Below, piece by piece: positions 29,648 through 39,296 of a stretch of 64,000 bases of DNA. Below the pieces are notes generated by a model. That model had not been told where the DNA came from, ran no database searches, and saw nothing but the letters and a program-made list of their open reading frames with translations. Each line of letters starts with the position of its first letter. Positions within the stretch are counted from its first letter, which is position 1. The translations under genes and the position numbers were made by a program. This DNA comes from an uncultured Acidimicrobiia bacterium (GTDB lineage: Bacteria > Actinomycetota > Acidimicrobiia > Spongiisociales > UBA5794). The stretch is taken from assembly GCA_963759175.1 (NCBI GenBank), contig CAVWXP010000008.1, forward strand, positions 179,041 through 243,040, read 5' to 3'.

Positions 29648-30991
29648 TCACCTCTTCTTGCCTTGGCGGGGCATGCCAGGCATGGACAGCCCGGGAATGG
29701 GGCTCTTGCCACCTGCCATCGCCTTCATCATCTTCTGTGCCTGTGAGAACTGCTTGAGGACGCCATTGACGTCCTGCGGCCTCGTTCCCGACCCTGCGGC
29801 GATGCGGCGACGTCTGCTGCCGTTGATCGACTTGGGGTTCCTGCGCTCATCGGGTGTCATCGACCTGATGATCGCTTCCACGCGGGCGAGTTGCTTCTCA
29901 TCCACCTGGACGTTCTGCAGGGCGGAGCCTGCGCCGGGGAGCATACCAACGAGCTGCTGCAAAGGCCCCATCTTCTTCAGCTGCTGGAACTGCTCGAGGA
30001 AGTCCTCGAGGTCGAACGTGTTGTCGAGCATCTTGCGCGCCGCCCGCTCGGCCTCGTCCTGGTCGTAGGCCTCCTCGGCCTTCTCGATCAGGGACATCAC
30101 GTCTCCCATGCCGAGGATGCGATCCGCCATGCGCTCCGGATGGAACGTGTCGAGGGAGTCGATGGACTCGCCGGTTCCGACGAACTTGATCGGGACGCCT
30201 GTGACCTCACGGGCAGAGATGGCGGCGCCGCCACGGGCATCGCCGTCGATCTTGGTCATGACGAGACCCGTGAGCTCGGTGTACTCGGAGAACCCGATCG
30301 CGACGTTGACGGCCTCCTGACCCGTCATCGCATCGACGACGAGCAGGGTCTCGTCGGGCTCGGCGACCTTGCGAACCGCTGCGAGCTCCTTCATCAGGTC
30401 GGTGTCGACCTGGAGCCGGCCGGCGGTGTCGATGATCACCACGTTCGCCGAGTCGGCGCGAGCCTGTTTGAGGGCCGCCTTCACGAGCCGCTGCGGCTTG
30501 CTCTTGCGCTCGACGTAGACAGGCACGCCGATCGACGCGCCCAGCGTCTCGAGCTGGTCGATCGCGGCCGGTCGCTGGAGGTCGGCGGCCACGAGCAGCG
30601 GCCTTCGTCCCTTGGCCTTGAGATGGCGGGCGAGCTTGGCTGCCGTGGTCGTCTTCCCCGATCCCTGGAGTCCGACCATCATGATGACGAGCGGAGGAGC
30701 GGCTGGCCGAACGAGGGGCGCCGCCTCCTGCCCGAGGGTGACGATGAGCTCGTCGTGGACGATCCTGATGACCTGCTGGCCGGGCGTGAGGCTCTTGGTG
30801 ACCTCGGACCCCACGGCCCGATCCCTCACGCGCCCGAGCAGCGACTTGACCACCGACACGTTGACGTCGGCCTCGAGGAGCGCAAGACGGACCTCACGCA
30901 AGGCCTCGTTGACGTCGTCCTCGGACAGACGTCCCTTGCTGCGGAGCTTGTCGAAGACGCCGCCGAGGCGGCCCGAGAGGGTGTCGAACAT
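29648..30991 (-). CDS. ffh: Signal recognition particle protein
   Basis: GLQGSGKTT, DTAGRLQ, TKIDGDARGG, RRRRIAAGSG. Confidence 0.98.
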   Translation of the reverse strand: MFDTLSGRLGGVFDKLRSKGRLSEDDVNEALREVRLALLEADVNVSVVKSLLGRVRDRAVGSEVTKSLTPGQQVIRIVHDELIVTLGQEAAPLVRPAAPPLVIMMVGLQGSGKTTTAAKLARHLKAKGRRPLLVAADLQRPAAIDQLETLGASIGVPVYVERKSKPQRLVKAALKQARADSANVVIIDTAGRLQVDTDLMKELAAVRKVAEPDETLLVVDAMTGQEAVNVAIGFSEYTELTGLVMTKIDGDARGGAAISAREVTGVPIKFVGTGESIDSLDTFHPERMADRILGMGDVMSLIEKAEEAYDQDEAERAARKMLDNTFDLEDFLEQFQQLKKMGPLQQLVGMLPGAGSALQNVQVDEKQLARVEAIIRSMTPDERRNPKSINGSRRRRIAAGSGTRPQDVNGVLKQFSQAQKMMKAMAGGKSPIPGLSMPGMPRQGKKR

Positions 30992-31021
30992 CGGCACCAG
31001 TCTACGGACGCACGCCCGCCA

Positions 31022-32737
31022 TCACTCGTCGGATCGTTCGATCACGAAGTAGGGGTATCGCTCCGACTCGGCGGCCGCGAGGTCGTGGCGTTCGAGGGCA
31101 GCGAGACGGTCCTCGACCGCTCCGAAGTAGCCGAACGGGGGGTCTGCTGCTTCGGCATGGCGATCGAAGTATCGGTCGAAGTACTCATCGGGAATCAGCA
31201 GGAAGCGAACCTCGTCGAGGTACCGCCAGGCGTGGCGGCCGATCTGGGTGTGTGTCGACATGACCGTGCCCTCGTCCGCGTCGTCATGTGCCACTTCGGC
31301 GCCGAGCATCGAGAGTCGACTCGCCATCACGGCCGAGTTCTGCCTTCCCGAATGCAGGACCCAGACCGCGTCGACTGCGAGCACGCTCGAGCCGATCGCA
31401 AGAGCCACCACGAGTGGCACGGCGACCGTCCGGGAACGACGAACCACTCCGGCGAGGGCGACGAGGGCGATCGGTAGCAACGCTGGGACCATCACCAGGA
31501 AGTAGCGTCCCCCCCACTGGGTACCTCCACCTCCTCGCTCCTGGGTCAGCAGTACGACCACAGCGAACACGCTCGACGCCAGAAGTACCACCTTCGTCCC
31601 GGGATCCTCGCGCAGCGTCCGTGGCGCCACCAGCAACCCGCACACCAGGATCGGCATGGCGCTGAGTAGGCCTCCGACCTGGGCTGGCCCGATGACGAGG
31701 AGGAACACCGAGCCCGCAATGGACACCCCGGCGAAGAGCCAATGCGCCATCGCGTTGTCGGGCTCGCGAACGATGGCGACGGTGAGCAGCCCGGCGCCAC
31801 CGGTGATCGCCAAGACGGCGATCAGGATCGCAGGGGTTCCGAAGTCAACGAGGATCAGACTCGAGAAGGCTCCACTCAGGAACCTGAATGCATCGAGAAC
31901 GGCCTCTCCCTCCTCAGGGGTAGGACCGCCGAGCGAGGCATCCCACGCCGCCGTTGCCGCGGCTGCCCCGACGCTCGCAACGATCAGGGCCGCCGCCAAT
32001 GACACGGACGCCCGGCGCGACGTCCGGAGTCCGACGACCATGACAGCGACTGCCACGGCCGCGGAATAGATGACAGCCTCTGCCCTCAGGGCCGAAGCGA
32101 AAGCGGCGCAACCCATAGCGACCAGCCACCACGCGGTGGCACGCGTTCCGTACGTGATCGCTATCAACGCCATGGCACCGCACGCAGCTGCGGCCATCGT
32201 GTGCCCCAGCACCGTGAAGCCATAGAAAAAGGCGGGCGTGAACAGCGCTGCGATCCACATCGCCAGGTTCATCAGGCGCTCGTCGAAGCGACGGACCGAC
32301 ATCCCGACGACCACGGCGAACCCCATGGTGCCCACGAGGGACCACACGATGATCGGCGCTCCGTCTCCCAGCAACCTGAGGGGCGTGAGGAGAGCCGGCA
32401 GGAGTGGCTGTTTGGTGTACGGGTAGTAGCGATCACCCTCGATCGATGCACCGTGGATGGGTGCGAGCAACTCCTCGGGATCGATGGATGCGAAGGGCCG
32501 CACCGCGGACCACGTTCCATCGGTGTGTAGCAACTCCACCTGCGCACGGACGGCACCCTCATCGGCCGTCCATACATCGGAAGGTCTCGTGGCGAACGAG
32601 ATCGCGACCAGAACCAAGGCGATCGCGACGACGTGCGACACATGGCTTCCCGACCAGAGCCAGCGCCCAATCGCTTGTCGGCGGGAGCGCGCTACTGCGT
32701 CCACCGGTGATGTGGTGTCGAGATCGCCACTCATCAT
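31022..32737 (-). CDS. Polytopic membrane protein, possible GT-C glycosyltransferase
   Basis: More than 10 TM segments; acidic DE after the first TM (WTADEG); WGGRYFL motif; start uncertain. Confidence 0.55.
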   Translation of the reverse strand: MMSGDLDTTSPVDAVARSRRQAIGRWLWSGSHVSHVVAIALVLVAISFATRPSDVWTADEGAVRAQVELLHTDGTWSAVRPFASIDPEELLAPIHGASIEGDRYYPYTKQPLLPALLTPLRLLGDGAPIIVWSLVGTMGFAVVVGMSVRRFDERLMNLAMWIAALFTPAFFYGFTVLGHTMAAAACGAMALIAITYGTRATAWWLVAMGCAAFASALRAEAVIYSAAVAVAVMVVGLRTSRRASVSLAAALIVASVGAAAATAAWDASLGGPTPEEGEAVLDAFRFLSGAFSSLILVDFGTPAILIAVLAITGGAGLLTVAIVREPDNAMAHWLFAGVSIAGSVFLLVIGPAQVGGLLSAMPILVCGLLVAPRTLREDPGTKVVLLASSVFAVVVLLTQERGGGGTQWGGRYFLVMVPALLPIALVALAGVVRRSRTVAVPLVVALAIGSSVLAVDAVWVLHSGRQNSAVMASRLSMLGAEVAHDDADEGTVMSTHTQIGRHAWRYLDEVRFLLIPDEYFDRYFDRHAEAADPPFGYFGAVEDRLAALERHDLAAAESERYPYFVIERSDE

Positions 32738-32850
32738 GTACCCACTATCGGCTCGAATGCCAATCCCTGTACCGCCAACCGTACCGCGTGACCATGACTC
32801 GGATGTGGCGATCCCACTTGGTAGCGTGGGGGCGAGCAACGGGAGCATGC

Positions 32851-33468
32851 ATGAACCTCACTGTCATCGACCATCCGCTCACGCGCCACTACCTCACGGT
32901 CCTGCGCGACTCCGCAACGGCGCCTCAGGAGTTCCGCGCCGCAGCTCGGGGCCTCACCTACACGCTCGTGTACGAGGCGACACGCCGCCTGCCGATCAAC
33001 GAGGTCACGATATCGACACCGATGGAGGAGACCCAGGGATCCACCGTGGGTACGGTGGTTGCGGTCCCGGTCCTGCGCGCTGGCCTCGGGATGCTCGATG
33101 CCGTGCTCGACATGATCCCCGACGTGAAGGTGGGATTCGCCGGTGTTGCCAGGGACGAGGAGACGGCGCTCCCCCAGGAGTACTACTTCAAGCTGCCTGA
33201 TCTCTCCGACGCATCGGTGCTCATCTGTGAGCCGATGCTGGCAACCGGTGGATCACTCTCGTGGGCCATCGACAAGGTGAAGTCGTCCGGCGCCAAGGAG
33301 ATCACGGCGTTGTGCGTGGTAACGGCACCCGAAGGCGTCCGGCGCATGTACGAGGACCACCCCGACGTCCGGATCGTGGCCGCGGCTTTCGATCGGGAGC
33401 TCAACGACGACTACTACATCGTCCCCGGCCTCGGTGACATGGGCGACCGGCTCTTCGGCACGCTGTGA
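32851..33468 (+). CDS. upp: Uracil phosphoribosyltransferase
   Basis: VPVLRAGLGM, EPMLATGGS, YIVPGLGDMGDRLFG. Confidence 0.97.
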   Translation: MNLTVIDHPLTRHYLTVLRDSATAPQEFRAAARGLTYTLVYEATRRLPINEVTISTPMEETQGSTVGTVVAVPVLRAGLGMLDAVLDMIPDVKVGFAGVARDEETALPQEYYFKLPDLSDASVLICEPMLATGGSLSWAIDKVKSSGAKEITALCVVTAPEGVRRMYEDHPDVRIVAAAFDRELNDDYYIVPGLGDMGDRLFGTL

Positions 33469-33749
33469 CGAGCGACCCCGCCTTCGAGGACGCTGTCGTG
33501 GAAACGGTCGTCGCCATCCCGCACGGCACGGTGAGCACCTACGGCGAGGTCGCCGCCGAGTCGGGATACCCCGGAGCGGCCAGGGCGGTCGGCAATCTGC
33601 TGCGAGCAACGCCCGGATTGCCGTGGTGGCGCGTGATCGCCGCGAGCGGGCGGTTGGTACCGGGCAATGAGTCCGAACACGCCCAACGACTGCGGGCCGA
33701 GGGCGTGCCGGTGGTCGATGGACGCGTACCGATGAGGTCACGGCGATGA
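33465..33749 (+). CDS. Alkyltransferase-like (ATL/MGMT-family) protein
   Basis: IPHGTVSTYGEVA, ARAVG, PWWRV (Trp in place of the acceptor Cys). Confidence 0.85.
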   Translation: MTSDPAFEDAVVETVVAIPHGTVSTYGEVAAESGYPGAARAVGNLLRATPGLPWWRVIAASGRLVPGNESEHAQRLRAEGVPVVDGRVPMRSRR

Positions 33750-35056
33750 CCACGCGTTCGATGGTCGAGCTGATCGGCGCCAAGCGTGACGGTCAGGAGC
33801 TCGACAGCGATCAGATCGCGTGGATCATCGATCGATACACGGCTGATGCGATCCCCGACTATCAGATGTCGGCACTGCTCATGGCCATCGTGCTCAAGGG
33901 CATGTCGGCATCCGAACTCGGTCCCTGGACCGAGGCGATGCTCCACTCGGGCGAGACCCTCGACCTGGCATCCGTGGACAAGCCGAAGGTCGACAAGCAC
34001 TCGACCGGCGGAGTGGGCGACAAGATCTCGATCCCGCTCGCTCCGATCGTCGCCGCGTGCGGCGTGGCCGTCCCCATGATGTCGGGTCGGGGCCTCGGTC
34101 ACACAGGCGGTACGCTGGACAAGCTCGAGTCGATCCCGGGGTTCAGCACCCAGATCGCATCCGACCGATTCCCGGCCCAGCTGGACGAGGTCGGAGTGGT
34201 CATGGTCGGGCAAACCGAGGAGCTGGTACCCGCCGACCGACGCATCTACGCACTGCGGGACGCCTCGGGCACGGTGCCGTCGATCCCGCTCATCTCCTCG
34301 TCCATCATGTCCAAGAAGCTGGCGGAGGACCTCGACGGCCTCCTCCTCGACGTCAAGGTCGGGAGCGGGGCCTTCATGAAGACGCGGGAGGACGCTGCAA
34401 TCCTGGCCCGGACGATGGTGGGCATCGGTCGCAGCCACGGCACTCCGGTGACGGCGATGCTCACCGACATGTCCCAGCCCCTCGGGCGAACGGTCGGGAA
34501 TGCGCTCGAGATCCGCGAATCCATCGACGTCCTGACGGGACAGGGGCCCCCCGATGTCACGGAACTGACCCTGCGATTCGCTGCGGAGATGCTGGTCCTC
34601 GCGCGCGGGGACGATCCGGGCACGGCGCGTGCCGCCGCCGAGGAGGCCGTGAGGACCGGTGACGCCCTCGACGTGATGGCGCGCCTCATCGTCGCCCAGG
34701 GGGGCGATCCCTCGTGTCTCGAGGATCCCACGGTTCTCCCCCACGTCTCGACGCACCACGTCGTCGAGGCGGACCGCGACGGATTCGTCACGACCTGCGA
34801 TGCCCTCGCCATCGGCCAGGCTTCGGTGCGGCTGGGTGCGGGACGCTCGCACAAGGCCGACGTCGTCGATCCGGCGGTCGGATTCGTCGTCGAGGCGCGG
34901 GTCGGGGACCGTGTCGAACAGGGCCAGCCCCTCGTCCGCATCGCTTATCGGGACGAGAACCGGCTCGATGCGGCCATGGGACTGCTACAGAGTGCTTGGG
35001 TGATCTCCGATGAACCGGGGAAGGAAACGGAGTTGATCATGGACGTCGTCACGTGA
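33746..35056 (+). CDS. deoA: Thymidine/pyrimidine-nucleoside phosphorylase
   Basis: DKHSTGGVGDK, SGRGLGHTGGTLDKLESIPG, SIMSKKLA. Confidence 0.95.
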   Translation: MTTRSMVELIGAKRDGQELDSDQIAWIIDRYTADAIPDYQMSALLMAIVLKGMSASELGPWTEAMLHSGETLDLASVDKPKVDKHSTGGVGDKISIPLAPIVAACGVAVPMMSGRGLGHTGGTLDKLESIPGFSTQIASDRFPAQLDEVGVVMVGQTEELVPADRRIYALRDASGTVPSIPLISSSIMSKKLAEDLDGLLLDVKVGSGAFMKTREDAAILARTMVGIGRSHGTPVTAMLTDMSQPLGRTVGNALEIRESIDVLTGQGPPDVTELTLRFAAEMLVLARGDDPGTARAAAEEAVRTGDALDVMARLIVAQGGDPSCLEDPTVLPHVSTHHVVEADRDGFVTTCDALAIGQASVRLGAGRSHKADVVDPAVGFVVEARVGDRVEQGQPLVRIAYRDENRLDAAMGLLQSAWVISDEPGKETELIMDVVT

Positions 35057-35886
35057 GTTACCACACGATCATGGCCGCCGCGGCTGTCATCGCCGCGCGC
35101 TCGGAGCGGGATCGCCACGATGCAGCCGTCGTCCTGGGGTCGGGCCTCAGTTCGTACGCCGCGTCGTTGCGCGGTGCCGTCGAGCTGCCCTATGAGACCA
35201 TCCCGGGCTTCCCGAAACCTCGGGTCGCAGGCCATGGTGGATCGCTGTACTCGGTGGGTTTCGGCGATCGCGCCGTCCTCCTCTTCGCAGGGCGGGTGCA
35301 TGCCTACGAGGGTTGGGAGATGGACGACGTGGTGTTCGGCGTTCGCACCGCTGTAGCGACCGGTGCGCGCTCGGTCCTGCTGACGAACGCCGCTGGAGGC
35401 GTGAACGACGACTTCGCGCCGGGAGACCTCGTCATGATCTCCGATCACCTCAACCTCGCCGGGCGCAATCCCCTCATCGGTGCCAACGACGATCGTCTTG
35501 GCCCTCGTTTCCCCGACATGAGCGCGGTGTATTCGCCACGGCTCCGCATCGAGCTCGGTGACGTCCTCATCGCCAACTCCATGGCTCCCAAGGAAGGCAT
35601 CTATGCGTGGTTCTCGGGACCGACGTACGAGACGCCAGCCGAGGTGCGCATGGCGCAACGGCTCGGCGCCGACCTCGTCGGTATGTCGACCGTGCCCGAG
35701 GCGATCGCGGCCCGCCACATGGGCGCCGAGGTCGCAGGCATCTCGCTGGTCACGAACCTCGCGGCGGGGATCAGCTCCACGCCCTTGTCCCATGCCGAGG
35801 TGACCGAGACGGCGGCCATGGCGCGCACCAGGATCTCGAAGGTCCTCGACGACTTCATCCCGATCCTGGCAGCCGAGACCGACTGA
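35053..35886 (+). CDS. punA: Purine-nucleoside phosphorylase (trimeric type)
   Basis: VVLGSGL, GRVHAYEG, GPTYETPAE, VGMSTVPE. Confidence 0.94.
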   Translation: MSYHTIMAAAAVIAARSERDRHDAAVVLGSGLSSYAASLRGAVELPYETIPGFPKPRVAGHGGSLYSVGFGDRAVLLFAGRVHAYEGWEMDDVVFGVRTAVATGARSVLLTNAAGGVNDDFAPGDLVMISDHLNLAGRNPLIGANDDRLGPRFPDMSAVYSPRLRIELGDVLIANSMAPKEGIYAWFSGPTYETPAEVRMAQRLGADLVGMSTVPEAIAARHMGAEVAGISLVTNLAAGISSTPLSHAEVTETAAMARTRISKVLDDFIPILAAETD

Positions 35887-35985
35887 CACCGCACCCACGC
35901 TGGACGGTCGTGGGCGGCTTCCGCATTTGAGCAGCGACGTCCAGCACGTACACTGGCCGCACCCATCACAAGGAGCGGCATCGCC

Positions 35986-36744
35986 ATGAACATCGCGGTC
36001 TGTGTCAAGCAGATTCCCGACCCGGCGACCCCGTACGAACTCGACGCCGAGAACCACTGGGTCGTTCGCCCGAACGATCAGGTCCTCGACGACACGGATC
36101 GCTACGGAGTCGAAATGGCCCTTCAGCTGGCCGAAGCGACGGAAGGGACGGTCACCCTCGTCTCCATGTCGCCGTCCGGATCACTCCAGGGCATCCGGCA
36201 GGCCCTCGCGATGGGCGCCGACAAGGCGATCATCGTCGACGATCCGACCCTGAAGGGTTCCGACGCACTGACCACCGCCAAGGTGCTCAGCGCCGCCATC
36301 GCCCGTGAAGGCGCTGACCTGGTCCTCGCAGGCGGCGAGTCGACCGATGGGTACACGGGCGTCGTCCCCCAGATGATGTCCGAGCTCCTCGACATGCCGT
36401 GCCTGAGCTTCGCCCGCAAGGTCGACATCGCTGACGGCACCGTGACCATCGAGCGGCAGACCGCGACCGGGTACGACGTCGTCAGCTCGCCCCTCCCGGC
36501 GGTCCTCGCCGTGACCGCAGGCGTCGTCGAACCCCGGTACCCGACGTTCAAGGGGATCATGCAGGCCAAGTCGAAGCCGATCGACACCACCACGGCAGCC
36601 GATCTCGGGATCGATGTCGCATCCGGTCAGACGATCGCCAGCGTCGATCCCGTTGCTGCCCGCGACGCCGGGGAGATGGTCGAGGACGACGGGGAAGCAT
36701 TCAGCCGCATCATCGCGATGCTCGAAGACAAGAAGGTGATCTGA
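35986..36744 (+). CDS. etfB: Electron transfer flavoprotein beta subunit
   Basis: VCVKQIPD, ALAMGADKA, PRYPTFKGIMQAK. Confidence 0.94.
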   Translation: MNIAVCVKQIPDPATPYELDAENHWVVRPNDQVLDDTDRYGVEMALQLAEATEGTVTLVSMSPSGSLQGIRQALAMGADKAIIVDDPTLKGSDALTTAKVLSAAIAREGADLVLAGGESTDGYTGVVPQMMSELLDMPCLSFARKVDIADGTVTIERQTATGYDVVSSPLPAVLAVTAGVVEPRYPTFKGIMQAKSKPIDTTTAADLGIDVASGQTIASVDPVAARDAGEMVEDDGEAFSRIIAMLEDKKVI

Positions 36745-37697
36745 TGCTGATCTGGGTCTTCTCGACGGACGTCGACGGTGCCCTCGCACCGGGAGCGCTC
36801 GACCTCGTCACCAAGGGACGCAGTCTCGGCGAGGTCAGCGTGTTCCATGTCGGAACCGGATCTGACGACGCCCTGGCTGCGCTCGGCGACCATGGCGCAA
36901 CGGCCGTCCACCACCTCGACCCCGGCGACGCCCTGCCATCGGCCGCCGCCGCCGCCGCCCTCGCACAGCTCATCGATGCCGAAGGCGGCGAGGTCGTGCT
37001 CTTCGGCATGGGGAGCACGGATCGCGACGTTGCGGGCCGGCTCGCGGCGCGACTGGACCGACCGGTCCTTGCGAATGCCCTCGACGTGACGGTCGATGGC
37101 GGCGTGACCGCGGTCTCGGAGATCCTCGGAGGGACGCTCAGCGTTTCGACGACGGCGACGGCAGCCTCACCCGCGATCGTCGTCACGAGGCCCAAGGCGT
37201 TCGTCGCCGAGTCGATCGGTGGCCCCGCTCCGAGCGTCCACGTCGTGTCACTGCCCGATGTCGGGCGGTCGGGATCAGCCACCATCACCGAACGTCACGT
37301 CGAAGCCTCGGAGGGGCCGGACCTCGAAGCCGCCGCCGTCGTCGTCACGGGCGGACGGGGCCTCGGCGGGCCGGAGAAGTTCGCCATGATGGACGAGTTG
37401 GCGGATCTCCTCGGAGGCGCCGTCGGTGGCACCCGTGCCGTCGTCGATGCGGGGTGGGTGCCGTACTCGTATCAGATCGGCCAGACGGGCAAGACCGTGA
37501 AGCCGAGCGTGTACATCGCATGCGGCGTATCGGGCGCGATGCAGCACGTGGTGGGCATGAAGGGCGCATCGACGATCATCGCCATCAACAAGGATCCGGA
37601 GGCGCCGATCTTCGCCCTTGCCGACCTCGGCATCATCGGTGATGTGCACGCCGTCGTGCCACAAGTCATCGAAGCCCTCAGGGCCCGCTCCGCCTGA
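36744..37697 (+). CDS. etfA: Electron transfer flavoprotein alpha subunit
   Basis: [33 protein letters not shown]. Confidence 0.95.
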   Translation: MLIWVFSTDVDGALAPGALDLVTKGRSLGEVSVFHVGTGSDDALAALGDHGATAVHHLDPGDALPSAAAAAALAQLIDAEGGEVVLFGMGSTDRDVAGRLAARLDRPVLANALDVTVDGGVTAVSEILGGTLSVSTTATAASPAIVVTRPKAFVAESIGGPAPSVHVVSLPDVGRSGSATITERHVEASEGPDLEAAAVVVTGGRGLGGPEKFAMMDELADLLGGAVGGTRAVVDAGWVPYSYQIGQTGKTVKPSVYIACGVSGAMQHVVGMKGASTIIAINKDPEAPIFALADLGIIGDVHAVVPQVIEALRARSA

Positions 37698-37724
37698 CGC
37701 CGAGCGAGGGAGACCGCCGGTACG

Positions 37725-37757
37725 ACGATGGGGAGCGCACGAGGCGCTCCCCATCGT
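37725..37757. terminator. Bidirectional terminator-like hairpin
   Basis: Perfect 14 bp stem ACGATGGGGAGCGC/GCGCTCCCCATCGT between convergent etfA and cdd. Confidence 0.7.
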
Positions 37758-37784
37758 GGCGTCGGATGCGGGGTCCCGCTGCGA

Positions 37785-38183
37785 TCAGTCGTCGAGTGCC
37801 TCGGGACCGAACGATGCCGGCAGGAGTTCGTCGAGTGTCATGACGCGGACCGTCCCGTCTGAGGACCGCATGACGACACGTTCGACGCCGAACTCACGCA
37901 TCACCTGGCGGCAGTTGCCGCACGGCGTGCACAGAGTTCCATCCAGGCACACCACGCCCACCGTCGTGACACGCCGTACGCCCGTTGCAGCAGCGGTCGT
38001 GATGGCGTTGGTCTCGGCGCACACGGTGGCCCCATAGGCGGCATTCTCGATGTTCGCACCCGTGACGATCTGACCGTCCACCGTGAGGATGGCCGCACCG
38101 ACGCGGAAATGCGAGTACGGGGAATAGGACCGAGCGGCGACTTCAGCTGCTGCATCGAGCAACTCGGCGTCGGTCGGGTTCAT
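37785..38183 (-). CDS. cdd: Cytidine deaminase
   Basis: [22 protein letters not shown]. Confidence 0.95.
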   Translation of the reverse strand: MNPTDAELLDAAAEVAARSYSPYSHFRVGAAILTVDGQIVTGANIENAAYGATVCAETNAITTAAATGVRRVTTVGVVCLDGTLCTPCGNCRQVMREFGVERVVMRSSDGTVRVMTLDELLPASFGPEALDD

Positions 38184-39223
38184 TCGGCCACCAGGGCTTC
38201 CACGAAGGCCACGGGATCGAAGGCTATCAGGTCATCCATGGCCTCTCCCACCCCTATCAGCTTGACCGGGATGTCGAGATCCTGCTCGACCGCCACGGCC
38301 ACACCGCCTCGGGCCGTTCCGTCGAGCTTCGTGAGGACGAGGCCGGTCACGCCGACGGCGCTCGTGAAGGCGTGAGCCTGGGCGAGGCCGTTCTGTCCGA
38401 CAGTGCCGTCGAGCACCAGGAGGACCTCGTCGACCGATCCCGCCTCGCGTTCGAGGACACGAACGATCTTGGTCAGCTCGTCCATCAGGTTCGCCTGTGA
38501 GTGCAAACGACCCGCCGTGTCGACGATCACGACGTCCGCACCGTCACGCACCGCCTCCCGATACGCCTCGAAGGCGACCGACGCAGGGTCTGCTCCGGGG
38601 TCGCCGGTGACGACGGGCACACCTACTCGCTCTCCCCATGTCCGCAGCTGGGTGTCGGCAGCCGCACGGAAGGTGTCGGCGGCTCCGAGGACCACGCTGC
38701 GCCCGTCACTGACGGATCGGTGGGCGATCTTGGCGATGCTCGTGGTCTTGCCCGTCCCGTTGACACCCACCACCACGAAGACGGCGGGTGAACCATCCAT
38801 GCGCAGCTCCCGGTCCGATCGCTCCATGATCCGCTCGAGCTCCTCGGTGAGCGCAACCCGGGCCTCGGCGCCGGTTGCCGGTCCGCTGCGGCGCACCCTC
38901 GCGACGATGTCGGTCGCCGTGCCCGGACCCACGTCAGCAGCGATCAGGGCTTCCTCCATCTCGTCCCAGACCGTGTCATCGAGGCTGTCGCGACCGAACA
39001 CGCCTGCGAGCGATCCGGCGAGCGTCGAGCGCGACCGAGCCAGGCGATCACGGAGCGTTCGCGTGGGACTCGGCGTCGGAGCAGCCCTCGTGGCCGATGG
39101 CGACGTGGCACCACCCGATGGGCGGGTCCGATCCGACCGCTGTCGGATCCATGCGAAGATCACGACGGCGATGACAGCGACAGCCGCCACGGCGACGATG
39201 AGCAGGATCAGGTTCGTGTCCAC
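38180..39223 (-). CDS. ftsY: SRP receptor FtsY
   Basis: GVNGTGKTT, DTFRAAA, DTAGRLH, TKLDGTARGG; N-terminal TM. Confidence 0.96.
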   Translation of the reverse strand: MDTNLILLIVAVAAVAVIAVVIFAWIRQRSDRTRPSGGATSPSATRAAPTPSPTRTLRDRLARSRSTLAGSLAGVFGRDSLDDTVWDEMEEALIAADVGPGTATDIVARVRRSGPATGAEARVALTEELERIMERSDRELRMDGSPAVFVVVGVNGTGKTTSIAKIAHRSVSDGRSVVLGAADTFRAAADTQLRTWGERVGVPVVTGDPGADPASVAFEAYREAVRDGADVVIVDTAGRLHSQANLMDELTKIVRVLEREAGSVDEVLLVLDGTVGQNGLAQAHAFTSAVGVTGLVLTKLDGTARGGVAVAVEQDLDIPVKLIGVGEAMDDLIAFDPVAFVEALVAE

Positions 39224-39296
39224 GGGCGGACCTCACGGCGTCGGCGATGCAGGTTCGAGGCGTGACGCTAACGCCTCTCGCGCCCTTCGGCTCGGA

